Positions 50,221-62,814 of a DNA stretch of 64,000 nucleotides are shown here, in pieces. Position numbers and translations under genes: made by a program. The notes under the pieces were generated by a model that saw only the letters and a list, made by a program, of their open reading frames with translations, was not told the DNA's origin and searched no databases. The stretch is from Chiloscyllium plagiosum. Taxonomy: Eukaryota. The stretch is from NCBI RefSeq assembly GCF_004010195.1, contig NC_057718.1, forward strand, positions 18,868,588 to 18,932,587, written 5' to 3'. The first letter of the stretch is position 1. The number at the start of each line of letters is the position of its first letter.

Positions 50221-50344
50221 GAAGGACAACTCCAGAAGAATGTGACTCTTGTAGGCCAATCTCATTTTTGAACTCTGGTTTTAAACTGTTGTCTAAGGGT
50301 TTTGCGTTAAAATTGGAAACTGTACTGTCTTTTATTGTTAAGGA

Positions 50345-50671
50345 TTAGATTAGATACGATACCCTACAGTGTGGAAACAGGCCTTTCGGCTCAACAAGTC
50401 CACACCGATCCTCCAAAGAGCAACCCACCTAGACCCATTCCCCTACATTTACCCCTGATTAATGCACCTAACACTATGGGCAATTTAGCATAGCCAATTC
50501 ACCTAACATGCACATCTTTGGACTGTGGGAGGAAACCGGAGCACCTGGAGGAAACCCACGCAGACACAGGGAGAATGTGCAAACTCCACACAGACAGTCA
50601 CCCAAGGCGAGAATTGAACCCGGGTCCCTGGCGCTGTGAGGCAGCACTGCCACCCACTGAGCCACCGTGCC
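50345..50671 (-). mobile_element. HE1-type V-SINE nested in the L1 RT
   Basis: Reverse complement of the 15533-15851 family; (agatt)n tail. Confidence 0.9.
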
Positions 50672-53600
50672 AGACTAGACTGATTTCATAAAAGGCCGTA
50701 GATCCTCTAATAATGTCAGGAGGTTGCTGATTATGATTCAAGCTTGTCAAAGCAGTCGGTTCAGGGATTAGTGTCTCCTTAGATCCAGATTGGGTCGAGT
50801 GGCCATATCCTATTTATACCCTTGAGCGATTTGGGCTGGGAAGGTTTTTATTAGATGGGTGAGGGCACTTTATGCTGATCCTCTGGCGGCGGTCCTCACC
50901 AATGGTGTGAGGTCTAGTAATTTTAATACCTGTAGAGGCAGTAGGCAAGGTTGCCATTACTGTTTACATTGGTGATTAAGCCACTGGCAGAAGCGATCCA
51001 TAGAGATCTTAAAATAGATAGCTCGAAAGTAGGATCTATATCACATAAGATCTCATTATATGCAGATGATGCTCTTGCTTTTCTGTCAAATCCAGTGGTT
51101 TCTGTATACCATCTGATACAATGTATCAATTCATTTGGCTCCTTTTCAGGTTATAAGATTAATTTCTCAAAAATGGAAGCTCTGCCATTGGGCTGGGTGG
51201 GGGTGGGGTTCTTAGGAGAGTATTTGAGTTGGACGGTGAATCACGGTTCCCCTTTAAATGGTCACCGGAGAGTTTTCTTTATTTAGGCATCTTTGTTACT
51301 CCTGTCTTTGATCGGTTGTTTAAGGCCAATTTTGCCCATTTGCTCGACAGGATTAAGCAAGATTTTCAGCGATGGGAAGCTCTTCCAGTATCCTGGCTAG
51401 GCCGGGTAGCTCTTATCAAAATTAATGTTCTCCCCCATTTGTTACATCCTATACGAATGCTCCCCTTAATTCTTCTGAGGCAAACATTCCAGAAACATAA
51501 TGGATGGTTTAGTTCCTTTATTTGGCGCCGCAGGCGACCTCTTAACAAGCTATATAAATTACAGTTGCCTTGTGGTGGTAGATTTCCCGGATATTAAAGA
51601 TCTCAGTTAAGACCCAGCATCAATGTGGCTGGATATAGAGGCCTCCCAAGCAAAATGTCTCCTCATTAGCCTGCTGTTTTTAGATAAATTGAAGACGGTC
51701 ACGGAATATTGCCATAATTCGATAATTATTAAATCTGTTAAGGCATGGATGGAAATGCAGCAGAAGGAGAGTAATACACCCAAAATGTCCTTTCTTACCC
51801 CTATAGCTGATATGCCGGGTTTTCAGTTGAGGATAATGGAATCTGGATTTAAGCTCTAGGCAGCTAGGGGAATCTCTTGTTTGGGCGATTTATTTGAAGG
51901 TGAAATAATGATGTCCTTTGCCCAAAAAAAAAAATCTGTAAATATGATTTAGCTAGCAGAGACCTTTTGTACTTTTTTCAGGTCAGGGATTTTATTCAAA
52001 AAGGGACCATGCTTTTGACCGACTCCTGGAAATCTGTTATGGAAAAGAGGGTGCTTCATGCTAAAAGTACTCTCTCTATTTGTACTCTTTATCATATGGA
52101 CTGCTCTTTATCACATTCAGCTGCTCTGTGGGATCTGGGAGAGAGAATTAGGGGTTGAGATCTCTACGAAGGCATGGAGGGACATTTGCAAGAATGTGAG
52201 GAAGATTTCGATCTGTAATAGGACTCATGCCATGCAGCTAAAGATTTTGCATAGATCCATCTGGCCCCAGAACGTCTCTCAAAATTTAAGGTGGGAGTAT
52301 CTTCATTATGTCCTAAGTGTAAAACAAGCATTGGCATTCTCACTCATTAATTATGGTCTTCCCATGGGCTCCATACATACTGAAGTGCTGTGGCAGGAGT
52401 TATAGAGAGGGTCATGGGGGCCAATGTTAAAATGGACCCTATCATTCTTTTCCAGGGTCTACCCAATTGTCTTCTCTGGATGCTCGTGGGAAAAAAAACT
52501 TTTAATATTCTTAGTTTCTGTGCAAGGAAAAACATACTAATGTGTTGGATCTCTGAAACCACTCCCCCCGCCCGTTGGGTTGGCATAGGCTTATCATCGA
52601 ACATATTCCTCTGGACTTTTTTTACGAATATGGTACACCGGAAAACTGAACATTTTTTTAGGATATGATAGCCCTCTCCGGACTATTTGAATGTAGATTT
52701 ATCTGCCATTTTAATGAGGGCTTTTGCGTCGCCATGACAGTCTAATCCAGTGTACTCGATGTCCTTGAAGGAAGAATTTCAAATAAATTTGTCTGTAATA
52801 CTTTGGGCTCTTGGAGGTTGGGAGCTAACGTTTTGTTGTGTTGAGCTGTTTTATTTATTTATTAATTAACTTTATTGATCTGTCTATTTTGTTTTGTCGT
52901 GTTGCTGTTTTATTTTTCTCCTTTGCTGCTATGTACATATGGAGTTTTTTTTTCTCTTATTGGTTTGTTGGTGTTGTAAATTTTCTTGTAATTTTATTAA
53001 GAATATTTCTTTCAATGAAATATCTATAAAAAAAACTGTCTGCATGACAGGGGATAAATCAAGGAAATGGGTGCTGAGCTAAAGGTGATATTCATAAGAG
53101 ATTGCTTCTGAAAGGGATAATTCTGAAGACTGTATTAAGCTCAGTCAATATGAAAGATGTCATGAAGATGGGGAAAGGCAGACTATACTAGGAACTCAAA
53201 AGGGGAAAATCTGTTATGATAGGTCTCTCAATAATCTTACTACCTATGTCTATCTTACTAAGAAAGTTGTACCCAATTTTATCTGTAGAACCGTCAGAAA
53301 AGGATGGTAGCAGCTATTTACACAACCACATGCACACAACAGTCAGCACTACATGCTCATAGGACATGAGGCAGAGGTATGGATTGGAATTCAATTTAGC
53401 TGTGCAGAGTAAATTTCAGCAAACCAAGAAGAAATTTCCAGTTACAATTTTAAGAGTGACTTGGCAGATAGTCAACAGCCCAAGCAGTTGGATACTCAAG
53501 CAGCCTGCAGCAACAAACTTGCAGCAAGCCTCTACAAGGCAAATGATATGATCAAACATAAGTATAGTTCTGACCTGTTCAGAAACACTGAAGCAAGTGT

Positions 53601-54574
53601 GAGCTTGAAGCTACATGGAATTGGCACACTAGTCACACTTGAAAGTTACAGATTGCATCAGGGTCCTGATGGACTAGAGGAGATGTCCTGAACAGAAGGG
53701 AGTAGAAGTAGTTTAAACCAATTTCAATGCCTGGAAGACAGAATTACAGCAATAAAGGGTCCATCTTGAAGGCTAAACCAACAGGATCTAACTGGAAGAA
53801 AGTAAGGAGACAATTGAGACCACAATCAGAGTTGGAGATCCATAATTGAGATTACAGTTAAGGCAGGAAGAATTTATTAAGGTTGCAAAAATCAGGATTA
53901 ATTTGGGGAAGCTGTAAAGTTGAACTGGAATCTTTACTAAAATTGAAAGGCACTAGGTAATATTAGAATCATGATGGACACCATGAATTGACTGTTTCAA
54001 AACTGCCTAGAGAATGGGATTCATCATTAAGGCCAAAAGCAGCAGGATAAATTTGTTAAAGTCGGGGAAGAAGATCAAAATTATTTATTAGGCTAAGAAA
54101 GTTGGGAAATGATCTATTTTGGGCACACAAATGTAGGAACACTTTACTTTAGCTGCAGTACACAATAAATCTCCATTGTAGCCACAAGAGCCAGGAAACA
54201 ACCTTTCTAACTGCAGAAGGTATATTTTGACTTCAAAAACATGAGAAAATTCTGCAGTAAGGAGTGCATTGAAGTAGCTTTGTTATACTGTTCAGCAAAA
54301 AGCAAGTAAGACAAGAAAAAAACATAAAACTCTTTAACCAAAAGAGAATAAATCTGATATACTGCCAAATTAAAAGCCTTTAAAGTAACATGAGCAAAGG
54401 AGCATTAATTGAAAAGCTTTAAAATAAGAAGAATAAATAATCATATTTGGAAACGTTGACAGGAGAAGTTAAATTGCCAGAAAGATTTAATTTCAAAATG
54501 GACTATCTTGGAGAAAACAGTTCTTAAGATACATAATTGATTCCAGACTAGGTACATACGTTTGTATTTGACCC

Positions 54575-55410
54575 AGTGAAGAAACATTGCTGAGAACCTG
54601 CAAAGGTGAGGATTTGGATTCCACACAACAAACACCCAGTTGGAGAACACTTCAGCAGTCCAGGACATTTGACCTTGGACCTTCAGGTGATCATCCTCCA
54701 AGGCGGACTTCGGGACAGGCAACAACACAAAGTGGCTGAGAGTCAAGTTCAGTATCCATGGGGACGGCCTCAACCGGAACATTGGGTTAATATCACACTA
54801 CAGGTAAGCCCACTGCACACCACACACACCCTCTCACAGACTTGTACCCCTTTACACTCACACTCACACTCCTACACATACACACACTCTCTCACAGACA
54901 CTCATAACACCCCCAACACACATACATCCACATGCACACACACACATTCACCCCAAAAACTTATATTTGTACTTGTAGTAATGTATTTTATTTTGCTCAA
55001 AAACTGCATGAATCTATGTAAGATTCTGTAAATCCCCTTTTTTAGATTAGAATCAGTCTGAACATTGAGTCACAGACAGCCTCACACAGGGCACCTCACA
55101 CTTTCAATGCATTATCTGGGCCAACATGGCACCTATTGTTAAAGTTCACGTGAGAATGTAACTTTAAGAAAGTTCTGGGATATACAAATGAAAAAACTGA
55201 AACCAATGTGCCAATTGTAAAAGCTGAGAGACTTAACAAACAATCCAGGTCTTTTTCAACGTATAATTTCAGTTACATCACACTGTAAACGTTTGCTATA
55301 AATTCTGTGTCCTACAATCTTATACTCCACAACCACCTGGTGAAGGAGCAGCGCTCCGAAAGCTTGTGCTTCCAAATAAACCTGTTGGACTATACGTGAT
55401 TTTTAACCTG
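54575..55410 (+). mobile_element. 5'-truncated PLE (family C): GIY-YIG C-terminus, CA-rich tract and pLTR with hammerhead motif (55334-55368)
   Basis: HPVGEHFSSPGH..DLQVIILQGGLRDRQQHKVAE..DGLNR; CAC-CUGGUGA-A-GGAGC(AGC)GCUCC-GAAA-GC-UU-GUG. Confidence 0.8.
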
Positions 55411-55793
55411 CAACTACATGATCCAGCAGACCTACCACTTAAGACATCAATTGGTGCTGGAAAAGAACCCATGCTATTGGCATCACCAGGTTGCCATGAA
55501 GGTCTCTCCTTCTCGAGTTCATCCCCTTGCCTGAAGCATAGTGGCCCTCAGATTAAACTCACCACCAGATGTCTCTGTCTAACAAGACTGCAACATTATA
55601 GTCCTTAGGGACTATGGCAATTTTGCCTCTACCATTTAAGATTAGAGATTACTCTAAGCAACTCTGCAAAAGAAGTAGTATAAGAGACTAGACAATGTAT
55701 ATGTACTTCACAATCAATTGTTCTCATTCCTGACTATGATCACAACTCAACTTAAATGACAGAAGGAATTCAACTAATTATTATAGACATTGA

Positions 55794-56322
55794 ATTTGAG
55801 GAAGAACATTCTGGCTATTGAGGGAGTGCAGCATAGGTTCACGAGGTCAATTCCTGGAATGGCGGGATTATCATATGTTGAAAGATTGGAGCGACTGAGC
55901 TTGTCTACACTTGAGTTTAGAAGGATGAGTGGGGATCTGTTTGAGACGTATAAAATTATTAATGGATTGGACACTCTGGAGGCAGGAAGCATGTTAATGC
56001 TGATGGGTGAGTCCAGAAGCAGAGGACACAGTTTAAAAATAAGGGTTACGCCACTTAGAACAGAGTTGAGAAGAAACTTCTTCACCCAGAGAGTGGTGGA
56101 TATATGGAATGTTCTGCACCAGAAGGCAGGGGAGGCCAAGTCTCTTAATACTTTCAAGAAAGAAATGGATAGAGCTCTTAGAGATAGTGGAATCAAGGAC
56201 TATGGGGATAAGGCAAGAACAGGATACTGATTATGGATGATCAGCCTTGATCATAATGAATAGTACTGCTGGCTCGAAGGGCTGAATGGCCTACTCCTGC
56301 ACCTGTTGTCTATTGTCTATTG
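55794..56322 (+). mobile_element. Young CR1 3' fragment with (ctattgt)n tail
   Basis: Open frame LAIEGVQHRFTRSIPGMAGLSYVERLERL..FFTQRVVDIWN; possible TSD attgaa. Confidence 0.9.
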
Positions 56323-57454
56323 AACAGAACAAAAGACAGTCAGTAATCCCAGACCAAGTTAAAGTGATTTCAATTTGGCAACAACAGTCAAGAAACACCC
56401 AGTTATGGAAACACAGATCCAGGAAATGTTAGTTATTGAACAATAGTTACTGAAAAATCAATCACAGGGCAAGTAGTAGAAGATTTAATTCGCCTTTCAA
56501 GACCCAGGAAGAAGACAGAATACATGGGATTACCTATATTTGCATAGAAGAACATTTTCACATAATCAACAGGATGAAAATCTGCAATTGCACGAGGTTC
56601 TCAGAAGTTATATCCACTCCTATCATCACTGTAGAAAATTAAAATGACATAAATGAGCAATAATTATGAGAAGATTTGATGATGAGATAGATAATGAGCA
56701 ACAGGATGCATTTCAGTTTGTTAATTAACCTTTAACTGAGCTTATTCAAACAATAACACATTACAAGATAGGATGTAAACATCCAACCTAATCAACAAGT
56801 TAAAGTACAGAGTCTACATGCTTCAGCGTAGTTGGCTGCCAAACTGAGAATAAAGATTTGCTTACACATGTTGAAGATGGGCTGCAGAAGACTCTGTAGA
56901 AGCCACCACTAAAGTGGGATGGTCAATATCCATGGATTCAGGATAGTTCAAGAAATAAAACTACTGGACACTGAAATTCCAAGAAGAAATTGTTTGCTCA
57001 GAAATACACAATTTTGCAAAAACAAAGCAGCTATCTTCCATGAAGAAAACTCATGAGATTAAAGGTTCCTCAGATGGTGTCATGGGGCAACTGACTGTTG
57101 CAAATGAAATTCAGATATTAAGGATCTTCCAATGATGGCATGGACCAATTGTCTGGTTCAGCAAAAGTAGCATCCACCATAAATGACATATGTGACAGAA
57201 AATGCCCTCTAGTGGAGGAACACTTTACAGACCTCCAGACTCCAGGACAGAATTAAGATTAACAGCCCTCAACCCAAAGATCTATAAATCTTCTAAGTTC
57301 AAAAAAAAGTGTTCAGCAAGAATAGTCAAATTGTTATGATCCCAGCTTATGATGGGAAGCCAGAACAAGCCAGAAAACAGACTTAAATCTGGTTTGATAG
57401 ATTTTTTTTGCTTTTAACAATGTTATTGTTCACTGAAATACAACTATGCAGGGG

Positions 57455-57825
57455 GAAGCAATGGCCTGGTGGTACTATCACTAGACAATTAATACAGAAA
57501 CTCAGCTAATGCTCCAGGGGATCTGAGTTCAAATCATGCCAAGGCAGATGATGGAGTTTGAATTCAATAAAGATTCTGGAATTAAAGGTCTAATGTTGAC
57601 CATAAAACCATTGGCAATTGTCAGAGAAAAATCCATCTGATTCACTGATGTGCGTTAGGGAAGGAAATTTGTCATCCTTACCTAGTTTGGCCTACATGTG
57701 ACTCCAGACCCACATGTGTGTTTATGCATTGTAGTTTACTCTTAGCTACCCTCTGGGCAATTAGGGATCAGTAATAAATGCTGGCCTAGACAGTGATGCC
57801 CACATTTTGCAATGAATAAATAAAA
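57455..57825 (+). mobile_element. tRNA-derived SINE sharing 5' head and 3' tail with the LINE at 19078-23255
   Basis: A box tggcctggtgg, B box gagttcaaatc, body ctacatgtgactccagacccac, tail ggcaattaggga..aataaatgctggcc..atgaataaataaa. Confidence 0.8.
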
Positions 57826-58364
57826 TACTGCAGAATGGGTGTTAACAATTGACAGAGGTTAGTTGTGTAATAGAAATGAGGATAAAATAGAATAAACCAA
57901 ATTATTTAGAAATAATACATGTTTAAAAACTTTGGAACATACAGTAAACTACAATCCCATTAACTCCAACTACAATCCTTTCCAGTAATCAAACACCAGA
58001 GAATTTCGGTCACTATCATATAGTGGGGTTTGATTTAGCCGTTGATTCAATTCCCCAGTTTCTTCCTTGAGTCTCATACAACAGAGTTTAGACATTTTCA
58101 GCTAGTTTTGCATGTTTCCCCAGTCAAAAAAAAAACAATCTCAGACCTTCTAAACTATAAATATAATGCACAACTGTTTATTTGCTCATAAAAAATTCTC
58201 CCAATGAAAACAAAATCTATTACAAACCAGGAACTCCATCACTTGTTTAAAAAATAAATCACAATGGCTATAGAAATACCTACAAGTGAATCATTAAGCA
58301 CTTCTGACACAGACCAAAATCTAATTGCCACTAGTTCAAATCCTAAAACTAAAATAAACCAGAC

Positions 58365-58586
58365 CAAAATACTGCAGATGTTGAAAATCTGAAATAAAGT
58401 CAGAAAATACTGGAGAATCTCAGTAAATCTCACAGCATCTGCTAAGAGAGTAACCAGATTAACATTTTGAGTCCAATATGACTTCTTCGAACAAGAGTCA
58501 TATCAAACTCAAAATGCTAACTCTTTCTCTCTCCACAGATGCATTCAGACCTACTGAGTTTGCCATCATTTTCCGTTTATATTTCT
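58365..58586. mobile_element. Old fold-back PLE terminus (family D) with decayed hammerhead motifs at its centre
   Basis: Inverted arms centred on ttttgagtccaatatgacttcttcgaacaagagtcatatcaaactcaaaa. Confidence 0.6.
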
Positions 58587-59499
58587 AAATTAAATGATAT
58601 TCATATTTATATATAGGTCACACACCTTACATCATAAAACCTCCAGAGAACCTGAATTTGTGAAACTAGAGATTTGGGGGACGGTTTGGTAGTGATGAAT
58701 GTTGGTATATACACGAAACAGTAAAAACGCAAGGGGGCATATGTTATAATGCTTCCAAAAAGGTTAAAAGACTACACTAACTCCTGCTATCTGATTATGT
58801 CTTTAGAACTGGGATGAGTAAGCAGAACATCTTAGGATTTTGAAGGGGACAAACCTGTTATCCTAGGTCTTTCAAAAGTCTTAGTAACAATGTTTATGCT
58901 TGTACTCAATTGCTACATTTTGTTTAACACAAGAGCTCTTCACTTAGATTACCTTGTGGTTTCATTCTCTAACTTCAAACCAAGTATCTGTAGACCCAGA
59001 GACAAGGAGGATGGTGGCAGTTATTTACCAACCACATGCTGGCAGTGGTTGACACTGCATGCTCAAAAGATAATATCAAAAGCTTTGAATAAAAGCTTGA
59101 ACAAAAATACACAAGGTACAAGGATTGATCTAAAAGAGGAGCGGGGAATAACAAGGAAGCAGGGCTTAATTAATTTACTAGCCCTATGGTTGATGGAGGT
59201 GCCAATGGTGAATGAGAAGGAATGGTGCAAAAGAGACCACAGTCAGAGGAATAGAGTTTCCAACAGGTTGTTGTAGAAATGGAGAATTGTAAAGAGATGG
59301 GGAGGGGCAATACAAAATAAAATGAAATATGAAATTATGGCGAATCCAAATTAGAAACAGAGTTTATCAGTCAGCTGGATGATGTGGGATGGAATCTAGG
59401 CATGAGATCTGCTGAAAGCCTGCATTATATAGTGAAGCTCTAATAGGGTGAGGAGAGGAAAGCCAAAGTTTTTACATGGGGTCAATTACACTGAGAAAG

Positions 59500-59878
59500 T
59501 GATGGCCTGAAGGTATTATTGTGAGACTATTAATCCAGGACTTAACTAATGTTCTCAAGATTGAGGTCCCAAATCCTGCCATGGAAAATGGTGGAATTTG
59601 ATTTTTTTTAAATCTGGAATTAAGAATCTACTGCTAACCATGAAATCATTGCTGATTGTTGGAAAAACCCATTGGATTCACAAATGTCCTTCAGGGAAGG
59701 AAATCTGCCATCCTCACCTGGTCTGGTCTACATGTGACTGCATTCCACAGTGATGTGGTTGGCTCTCAGCTGTCCTCTGAAAAGGCCCAGAAAGCACTTA
59801 GTTCAAGGACAGCTAGGGGCAGGCAATAAATTATTTCCAGCCAGCGATGTCCACGTCCCACAAGTCAATAAAATAAAC
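59500..59878 (+). mobile_element. tRNA-derived SINE, same family as 57455-57825
   Basis: Same head, body and tail; a truncated copy lies at about 61450-61612. Confidence 0.8.
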
Positions 59879-60165
59879 TAAGTTCAGTTTGTGATAGAAT
59901 TGAGAAAATTGGCCACAGTGTTATCTACAGACCTGTTCAAACCACTTTCCAACAGGCAGTATCAGACCTGTAACCTTAAAGAAACAAGTCAGGTTACCTG
60001 CTAACCATTGTGGGGTTTGAAAGTAGTGTGGAACAGGTGGTATTGGTATGTTGATATCAGTGGAAGGAAGGAAACGCTAGATTTTTTTATTTCTAAATTT
60101 ATTTCCATTAATTTCAAGAACTAAATATTGAGTGGGATGTACAACATGTACCTTGTTTGATAATG

Positions 60166-60300
60166 CAGCACCCAAGGAACAGGGAAGGGCTTATGCCCGA
60201 AATGTTGATTCTCCTGTTCCTTGATGCTGCCTGACCTGCTGCGCTTTTCCAGCAACACATTTTCAGCTCTGATCTCCAGCATCTGCAGTCCTCACTTTCT
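60166..60300. mobile_element. Mini PLE (family A)
   Basis: 15-bp TSD ccttgtttgataatg at 60151-60165 and 60301-60315; short inverted arm, partial hammerhead motif and full tail. Confidence 0.88.
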
Positions 60301-60667
60301 CCTTGTTTGATAATGTCCATCCAGTTCTGTTGCAAATGACAAAACTTCTAACCAGTAAAATCTGCTCCAGACTGTGGTGAGAAGCAATTTTACAGGAGAT
60401 TCTTTAGTTTATATGAATAAAAATAAAACTGAAGAAATCAAATCAATTCTGTCCATTTAACATTCCCAAAATGTTTTATCATCCTATAGTCTCGTACTGA
60501 GTCGAGCAATGAGGTATAAAGAAATGCAGAAATTATATCCTTGACCTGACCTTGAAAAGATTAGTCTACGCAATAGATTTGCAAAACTCTGTGTCTAGAA
60601 TACATTTGCCTCACTGTAGTTATTCATATTTTTGGATCTACCTGTACATATAGTCTCAATGAATTAC

Positions 60668-60697
60668 CTTCTTATGAACAGTCTGACTTCACAATAT
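60668..60697 (-). other. Candidate 30-nt micro-exon (weak)
   Basis: Minus strand tttcctatttctgccctgtgctttag | ATATTGTGAAGTCAGACTGTTCATAAGAAG | gtaatt. Confidence 0.2.
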
Positions 60698-62297
60698 CTA
60701 AAGCACAGGGCAGAAATAGGAAACCACGACATCCCCCCAGGACATGTGGACAACTGTAAAGGTGTCAGAATAGGTGATGAGCTCCTGGTTGTAACCATGC
60801 TGCTCACTCCCAAGACTTGTATAATTCAAATCACACTGAGCTGACTGCCTCTGGGAAGCAGTGAAGTTATAAGCCAATTGACTTTATTGTTTAATTTCAT
60901 TTGATTTTGTCTGCCTTTCTCCACAATGAGATGATGGATAGCAGAGAGCTGGAAGATGTGCCCTCTACACTGATTCATTTGTCAATGAATTCCTAAATTT
61001 GGTTTTATATCAAAATTTGCCTTACTTTAGCAAAGAGAAAAAGAAATTGGATGGCAGGTTAGATGGACTAGTGGCAATAAATGTTGTCGAGAAAGAAATG
61101 TTGGAAATAAAAATAGAAAATGTTGAAAAGCAATAGTAGGCATTTCTATTTAAATGATCTTCACTGCCTGAATTGCATAGTATACTTTTATTTTAAAATT
61201 AGGTTTGTTGAGAAATTTTGTTCCTGACTGAATTGCTACCAGTTGCACAGCCCATTCCTGGAGCAGTAGACATTTTTTTTGCAGTCACAAAATTTAAAGA
61301 TACTCCAATTACTGGGCATGAATCCAGTCTATTTTAGGCTGAATACTACTGGCAGGAAGTAAAGGTGGAATCTCAGGGTATCTCATTTTCTAGTAGGATG
61401 AAGAAAGGAAAGCCAACCATTTTACAATGGATCAATTACACTGGGGCGGAGATGGCCTGAAGATGTTATCACTAGACTATTAATCCAAGGACTCAGCTAA
61501 TGTTGCAGGGATTGAGATTCAAATCCTGCCATGGAAAATAGTGAAATTTAAATTCAATTTTTTTAAAATCTGGAATTAGGAATCTACTGCTAACCATGAA
61601 ACCAATGCCAATTGGCTTGAGTGCTCCAGGGGAAGTGACCATACTCCTAACATACATTAGTATCATTTAAATACCTTAGATATTCAAAATCAATCCAATT
61701 GCTGGTAATTATCTGAGCAGTCCTGCTTTAATACCAATGCTCAATATCATCAACAGTGTCCTAGTGCAATTACAAAGAAAATGTTGCAGCACACAATAAC
61801 CCACTATCAGAAATAATATTCTTTAGCCTGCATTGATCTAGACATTTTCAGACACCTCAATTGTTGTTCAGGGTCTGCTCAATGAAATCTCATGGATTTG
61901 ATTTCAACACAGTTTGCAGCCAAGGCTAAGCTCCTATGAGAAGTCATAAACCAGTTGGACATTTCAACAAGCCCTATTTGCAAGCTTGGAACTTGCTGTA
62001 CTATGATAGTTGGAGCAGGGCAAGGATGAAAGGCAGAAGTATGTGGTCAATGCAAACAACATTATTCTACCTGCCTTTATGAACACAAGTTGGGAGGCAA
62101 AAAGATGAAACTCACTGACAACATTACTCCATCATAGTTTATGTTACTAGCAAAAATGAAAAATGCTGGAAGCATACAGCAGTTTGTTCACCTCAAAGGA
62201 GAAACAACAGATTAAGATTTTGAGGATGATTATTTTCTGGAAGAACTGGAAAATAACATCTCCATGTCATGTTAACATTTTATGTGCAGAACATTAC

Positions 62298-62329
62298 CTT
62301 GTCTGTTCTCTTTTTAGAAACTGAGAGAG
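62298..62329 (-). other. Candidate 32-nt micro-exon of an unidentified host gene
   Basis: Minus strand ttttaattttttctgtttttcag | CTCTCTCAGTTTCTAAAAAGAGAACAGACAAG | gtaatg, in non-repetitive sequence. Confidence 0.35.
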
Positions 62330-62754
62330 CTGAAAAACAGAAAAAATTAAAATAAATAGGATCTTCCATCCTAACTTCCTGTTGCAACTTGTTCATGAGT
62401 TGGGTGATCGATATTGTTCCTAACCATAAGTTGGTCTTGGATAAAAAATCCTCCTCTCTTCGATTATAAGGCATTTGAGTTGATGTTTAAACTTTAGAAA
62501 TCAAATTCTTTATTTAGAAAGCAATATATTTATTGCATACTTAATGGCTTGTCTTTTCCCATGTGGTTTAATGCCACAATATGTGCCTGGGTTCTTTATA
62601 GGCTGATTAAGGAAAAAGCAAAGTCTAGAACTGTCCTCAGGTATAGACTTCAAAAGAGCCCTATTTATTATACATTAATACTAAATACTGCTACATATGG
62701 TAATCACAGATCTATAGGTGGTTATCACAGACATACAAGGTTCTGACTTACAGT

Positions 62755-62814
62755 TAGGCAGCATCCAAGGAGCAGGAGAATCGACGTTTCGGGCAGGAGC
62801 CCTTCTTCAGGAAA
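62755..62814 (-). ncRNA. Isolated family A PLE fragment containing an intact hammerhead motif (62779-62814)
   Basis: Reverse complement CUGAAGA-A-GGGC(UCCU)GCCC-GAAA-C-GUC^-GAUU. Confidence 0.7.

Larger units (their letters stand above)
49039..53035 (+). mobile_element. L1-clade LINE, internally deleted, with PLE and SINE insertions
   Basis: 5' ggggg..aagatggcg and ORF1 start MTKGKG (49208); ORF2 motifs RPISFLN, KISLYADDA (about 51047-51073), SGYKINFSK and WEALPVSWLGRVALIKINVLP; poly(A) at about 53028-53035; possible TSD ctgtct at 49032-37 and 53036-41. Confidence 0.85.

Noticed and set aside
53100..57400. Purine-rich stretches between the called elements with faint Gypsy pol-like words
   Set aside because: Too degenerate to support by eye; needs a frameshift-aware HMM search
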